Source of the DNA: an uncultured virus (IMG/VR IMGVR_UViG_3300001348_000010)
Lineage: Duplodnaviria > Heunggongvirae > Uroviricota > Caudoviricetes
Length of the DNA stretch: 20,000 nucleotides
Strand: one strand, 5' to 3'
Virus record (IMG/VR): IMGVR_UViG_3300001348_000010
Coordinates: 52,342 to 72,341 of that record
The position numbers and the translations under genes are program-made. Numbering within the stretch: the stretch's first letter is position 1; each line of letters opens with the position of its first letter. The notes under the pieces are model-generated. The model was not told the DNA's origin. It ran no database searches and saw only the letters and a list, made by a program, of their open reading frames with translations. Below, piece by piece: positions 16,084 through 20,000 of the stretch.

Positions 16084-17371
16084 ATCCTATCACCATAAAT
16101 CTTTTATAACCATTTGGCATATCTAAAGAACCTTTATATAATATTTCTTTTAGACCAGTATTCTCAACCAACTCATCTTCACTATTCACACAGTTGATAT
16201 GATCTGGTACATGAAACATATTATTACTTTGTACAGCAAATAAACAGTTGTCTTTGTATTCTTTCTTTGCTAGTATAGTATGTAGTGGTGGCATATGTTC
16301 AGACGATGTGTTAATAACTAAGTCTGTTTTTATATCACTGATATGATATTCACTAACATCTTGACATTGAGTATCAACTATATCTCTTGAGTTAAGTTTT
16401 CTGCAAACGCTTAGAGCATTTTCATCTATATCAATATTAGTTATTCTCTTAATAGAAAAAGCATCCTTTAACATAGATGATATGGGGTGAGCAAACCAAC
16501 CACCCCACAGCTGAATTTTTTGAATATCATATTTAATAATATTTTGTACTAGCCATTCTTTAGATGCAACTTGGTTAGGTGACATGCTATCTAAGAAATG
16601 TTTGGTATCACCACCTGAATACTCACACTCCCACAGAGCTTCCCAAACTCTTTTATCAATGCCTGTAAAATTATCTTTACCATTCCAGTAATGTTCCATA
16701 CCTTTATAACCATAATCATCTAACAGATACTTGCCATCTTTCTTATCACGTTTCCAACCATTAAAGATACATACTGTATAATCTGGCATACCATAGTATC
16801 CCTTAAAGTCGCCATATGTGTAACAGTTATCTTTATCAACACCAAACAGTCTGGAGTATATTAGCTTTTCTGGAAAGGTGTTTATATCTTTTATCTCATG
16901 GTATAAGAAACCATCTATGCCATTATATGCCCAAGTATAGTGATCAATGTCTTCTTTAAACTTATTCCATATATGAGATAGATCGCCACTCCAAGCCATA
17001 ACTGAAGAGTTGTAATCCATATCATTACCTTTTAGCTCATAATCTTTCCAAAAGGCTTTTACCATACAAAGCTTGTTAGGTCTTATACTATCAATAATAG
17101 GTTGTAAATTGTTTTGTATAACTACATCAAGATCAAAGAATATATGCTGATCTGGTTCTTGGTCAAATAGAGTTAGTTTCCACCACCAGTTTTCTAAACC
17201 TAAAGAAGTATCTAAAGGTTTTATCTGTATGTCTTTATGTATGTTATCAGGGTTTTCTGTATGGCAAACAAATGTGAATGGTATGGCTATGTTATTAGAT
17301 ACCATTGTATATAATCTATTCACGTGTTCGTGACTAAACTTGTTACCCCATTTTACGCATGATATAATCAT
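16076..17371 (-). CDS. Fusion protein: N-terminal DxD glycosyltransferase-like domain plus C-terminal class I SAM-dependent methyltransferase-like domain
   Basis: The first ~230 aa contain CVKWG.KF...HVNRLY.MV, WWWKL.LF, FFDLDVVI and YNSSVM.W. The C-terminal part contains LWGGWF (motif I-like), NIDIDENA (motif II acidic), DLVINTSSEHM and YKRFMVIG. Confidence 0.75.
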   Translation of the reverse strand: MIISCVKWGNKFSHEHVNRLYTMVSNNIAIPFTFVCHTENPDNIHKDIQIKPLDTSLGLENWWWKLTLFDQEPDQHIFFDLDVVIQNNLQPIIDSIRPNKLCMVKAFWKDYELKGNDMDYNSSVMAWSGDLSHIWNKFKEDIDHYTWAYNGIDGFLYHEIKDINTFPEKLIYSRLFGVDKDNCYTYGDFKGYYGMPDYTVCIFNGWKRDKKDGKYLLDDYGYKGMEHYWNGKDNFTGIDKRVWEALWECEYSGGDTKHFLDSMSPNQVASKEWLVQNIIKYDIQKIQLWGGWFAHPISSMLKDAFSIKRITNIDIDENALSVCRKLNSRDIVDTQCQDVSEYHISDIKTDLVINTSSEHMPPLHTILAKKEYKDNCLFAVQSNNMFHVPDHINCVNSEDELVENTGLKEILYKGSLDMPNGYKRFMVIGYA

Positions 17372-18851
17372 TAATTACTAATATATCCATTTCAGTTCTA
17401 TTAAAGGTACTTATAGCTTCCTCTGGAGTCTCTACAATAGGCTCTTGACAATTAAAGCTAGTGTTAAGTAACATAGGAATGCCAGTGATTTTATAGAACT
17501 CATTGATTAGATCATAAAACTTTTCATTCTGTTCTCTATTCACTGTTTGTATTCTAGCAGTATTATCAACGTGCGTTACACCAGGAATCTTATCAGACTT
17601 TACTTTTACTATTCGAGACATATAAGGGCTTGGTGATTTAGTGTCAAAGTAATCTTGGTAATGATCTTCAAGTACAGAAGGTGCAAAAGGTCTAAAGTCT
17701 TCACGTTCTTTTATTGTGTGATTGATAATACTTTTTATTCTAGGATTTCTAGGATCTGCAAGAATACTTCTATTACCTAATGCTCTGTGTCCACTCTCAG
17801 ACTTACCTTGGAACCAACCAATAATCTTACCATCAGCAATAGCTTGAGCAACTTCTTTTATATCTACTTTCTCATCACCAACAAAGTCATACTCTTTACC
17901 TGCATACACATCTGGTATATGAACATTATTATTAAGAGTATAGTCAGCGTGCATATATGTTCCAAGTGCTTGGCCTTCATCACCAGGAGCAGGAGGAACA
18001 AAAACATTCTTCCATTCTTCTGTTAGTAATTCATTCACATATCCATTATATGCTACACCACCTGTGACGCACAAGTTGTCGCTAGTCTTATATTTCTTTA
18101 CAGCATCCATAATTCTTTCTTGAGTTGCTTGCTGTAAAGTATATGCTATATGTCTTGGATTTTCTTGCTGAACAATTTTCCATAATCGATGCCAAATTAT
18201 ATCATCTTTTCTATCTTCCATACTCCAAAACTCATCTAACAGCATATAAAGTTTCATAAGTATTTTACGTGACTTGCCATAACCTACCAATCCCATAACT
18301 TTACTTGCGCCAAGAGTGCCAAAGCCTAATTCTTTTGAAAAATAATCCCACAGTTCACCTATAGATAAGTTTAAGTCATGAGGTGTGCCATTCTTATCAA
18401 AGAACACTGTATTGTATTTGTACCCTCGACCATCTATAGCTAATATGTCTGACTCATCAAAACCGGAATTTAAGTATGCATAAGCTGCATGTGATTGATG
18501 GTGATCTATGTAATAGATGTTTCCATCTTTCTTATAGTCCCAAAGGTTATTAGGCTTCCAATCCATAAATTCTGTTTTTAATTCAAGATCAGGCATTTGA
18601 GCAACACCGCCTATGGTTGTTGTATAAGCAAATATATTATCGTCTTCTGTGTTCCAATACTCGTTATAAAATTCTTGACCTGAAGTATTATCTTGTCTAT
18701 TCATTTTATCTACTGTAGTATGATGAGGATATGCATCATAGTGCCAAGGTATATTATGCTTACGACGAGTATATCTTTCCCTTTGGTTATGCCAAGTTCC
18801 ATCATATGTGTTATGATCGTGAGGACCAAATGCTGCACTAAATATTTTCAT
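17343..18851 (-). CDS. Carbamoyltransferase, NodU/CmcH/TobZ family
   Basis: 502 aa with HHQSHAAYAY, IDGRG, KVMGL..YG, GGVAYN, PAPGDEGQALG, GWFQG...G.RALGNRSILADP, REDFRPFAPSVL, HVDNTARIQTV and LLNTSFN..EPIVETP, covering the Kae1-like and YrdC-like domains. Confidence 0.95.
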   Translation of the reverse strand: MKIFSAAFGPHDHNTYDGTWHNQRERYTRRKHNIPWHYDAYPHHTTVDKMNRQDNTSGQEFYNEYWNTEDDNIFAYTTTIGGVAQMPDLELKTEFMDWKPNNLWDYKKDGNIYYIDHHQSHAAYAYLNSGFDESDILAIDGRGYKYNTVFFDKNGTPHDLNLSIGELWDYFSKELGFGTLGASKVMGLVGYGKSRKILMKLYMLLDEFWSMEDRKDDIIWHRLWKIVQQENPRHIAYTLQQATQERIMDAVKKYKTSDNLCVTGGVAYNGYVNELLTEEWKNVFVPPAPGDEGQALGTYMHADYTLNNNVHIPDVYAGKEYDFVGDEKVDIKEVAQAIADGKIIGWFQGKSESGHRALGNRSILADPRNPRIKSIINHTIKEREDFRPFAPSVLEDHYQDYFDTKSPSPYMSRIVKVKSDKIPGVTHVDNTARIQTVNREQNEKFYDLINEFYKITGIPMLLNTSFNCQEPIVETPEEAISTFNRTEMDILVINDYIMRKMG

Positions 18852-19617
18852 GTATAAATTCCATAATTAATCTGTGTCCTATTTTATTAGGGTGGCCATC
18901 ATGAGGTCCAATTACATAATCCTGAGGAACATTCTTAGCACTTTTAAAGAATGAGCTATCAGGATTATTGTTAGCAAGTTTATGAAACTCACGCCATTGT
19001 TGATGAACTGTATGATCTCCAACAACAAAACCACCAGCTTCATTATAGATAGGCCATCCTATAAAATTACTCTTATCTATATGAAAGAACTGTGGCGATT
19101 CATTAATATATTTTATACAGTCCAATCTAGTTTCTTTATATGCATCTGAATGATATTCGGATATATAATCCATAAATAGAGAAATCATTTGAAACTGCTT
19201 ATATGGTAAATTATGAGTCTCACATAGCATCTGTAAGTTGTAAAAGTTTCTTATACTCTTTCTTATAAAGTGGTATAATTCTCCTCGTGGGCTTACTCGA
19301 GTATTATGCCAACTTCTATGCCAACTTTTGTGCAAATTTCTACTTGGTTGGTGCATAACAAGTTCATAGTCCATTCTCTCTGATTTAGACCAAGCAGCAA
19401 TAACCATTCCTATATTTTCTGGATTGTTTTTGCATACATAGTCTTGTATAGAGGAATATATCTGCTCGTTGCCTGCTCCTGATTGAGCTAAACACACTAG
19501 ATCCATATCTAGTTTTTCAGCTAATAGAATAGGCCATGTTACAATGTCTGTTGCATCATAAGAGTTACAGCGCTGATCAGAAAAACTATCACCGCCTACT
19601 AACAAGGTCTTTCTCAT
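18838..19617 (-). CDS. SGNH/GDSL-like hydrolase or acyltransferase family protein
   Basis: N-terminal LLVGGDSFS (block I GDS), then W...LA and A.SGAGN, with a C-terminal DGHPNKIGH (DxH catalytic block). Confidence 0.65.
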   Translation of the reverse strand: MRKTLLVGGDSFSDQRCNSYDATDIVTWPILLAEKLDMDLVCLAQSGAGNEQIYSSIQDYVCKNNPENIGMVIAAWSKSERMDYELVMHQPSRNLHKSWHRSWHNTRVSPRGELYHFIRKSIRNFYNLQMLCETHNLPYKQFQMISLFMDYISEYHSDAYKETRLDCIKYINESPQFFHIDKSNFIGWPIYNEAGGFVVGDHTVHQQWREFHKLANNNPDSSFFKSAKNVPQDYVIGPHDGHPNKIGHRLIMEFIHENI

Positions 19618-20000
19618 AATACAGCTCCAGCTTCCATTATCTTTAGTATTTGTTCTTGAGGTCTTTTATCTATGTGTTCAGTACAGCCTATACAGTACTT
19701 CTCAAAACCAAATAGTTCAAAGTTCATCATCTTCTGTAAGTTCTCATACGTCACATCAAACTGTTTAGATCCTTTGATTACTTTCTTACTACAATGTCTT
19801 ATCTTTTGTATCTCAAAGTCTATCACCGGTACCTTTGGAAAGGCAGCACACATACGTCTATCAAACTCTGGTGCTTGTGATGTCTCTGTCCAATCTGGAG
19901 ACCTTGAATTAAACTCTTTAAGTAAAGTGTTCTTATGATCTATCTCAGATAAGTCATGGTTATCTCTATGAGCAAAGTATCCTGGTGTCTTTATAACAAG
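19614..20000 (-). CDS. C-terminal part of a gene starting beyond the window; Cys-rich, possibly a radical SAM protein with a SPASM/Twitch-like domain
   Basis: The frame is open from 20000 (LVIKTPGYFAHRDNHDLSEIDHKNTLLKEFNSRSPDWTETSQAPEFDRRMCAAFP...). Cys pattern is C-x18-C...CxxC (MCAAF, RHCSK, YCIGC). ATGA overlap with the next gene at 19614-19617. The CxxxCxxC core is not visible in the window. Confidence 0.5.
   Translation of the reverse strand, partial: LVIKTPGYFAHRDNHDLSEIDHKNTLLKEFNSRSPDWTETSQAPEFDRRMCAAFPKVPVIDFEIQKIRHCSKKVIKGSKQFDVTYENLQKMMNFELFGFEKYCIGCTEHIDKRPQEQILKIMEAGAVL

Noticed and set aside
17787..19938. Plus-strand ORFs 17787-18026 and 19672-19938
   Set aside because: They are antisense to motif-rich minus-strand genes and have no independent support.

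Overview
AT-rich segment of a T4-like myovirus genome (probably marine or aquatic; four N bases suggest a metagenomic consensus). The + strand (1-14495) is a late structural module: a partial upstream gene, then baseplate gp25, gp6, a compact gp7, a gp9/gp10-family protein, gp8, a 1679-aa DUF4815/VrlC-like virion protein, a small coiled-coil protein, a 590-aa repeat-rich fibre/fibritin-like protein and two hypothetical genes. Perfect T4 late promoters (TATAAATA) precede gp25 and gp9. The - strand (14481-20000) is a convergent operon in which every gene overlaps its neighbour. It encodes modification enzymes: a partial Cys-rich (SPASM/Twitch-like) protein, an SGNH-like protein, a NodU/CmcH carbamoyltransferase, a glycosyltransferase-methyltransferase fusion and two paralogous DxD glycosyltransferases. 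The most notable signal is a strong excess of Asp-Ser-Asp/Asp-Ser-Ala tripeptides, encoded by varied codons, in the outer baseplate and fibre proteins beside this cluster. This suggests a phage-encoded virion glycosylation/tailoring system with its own sequon, which remains a hypothesis; DNA hypermodification is the main alternative role for the enzymes.
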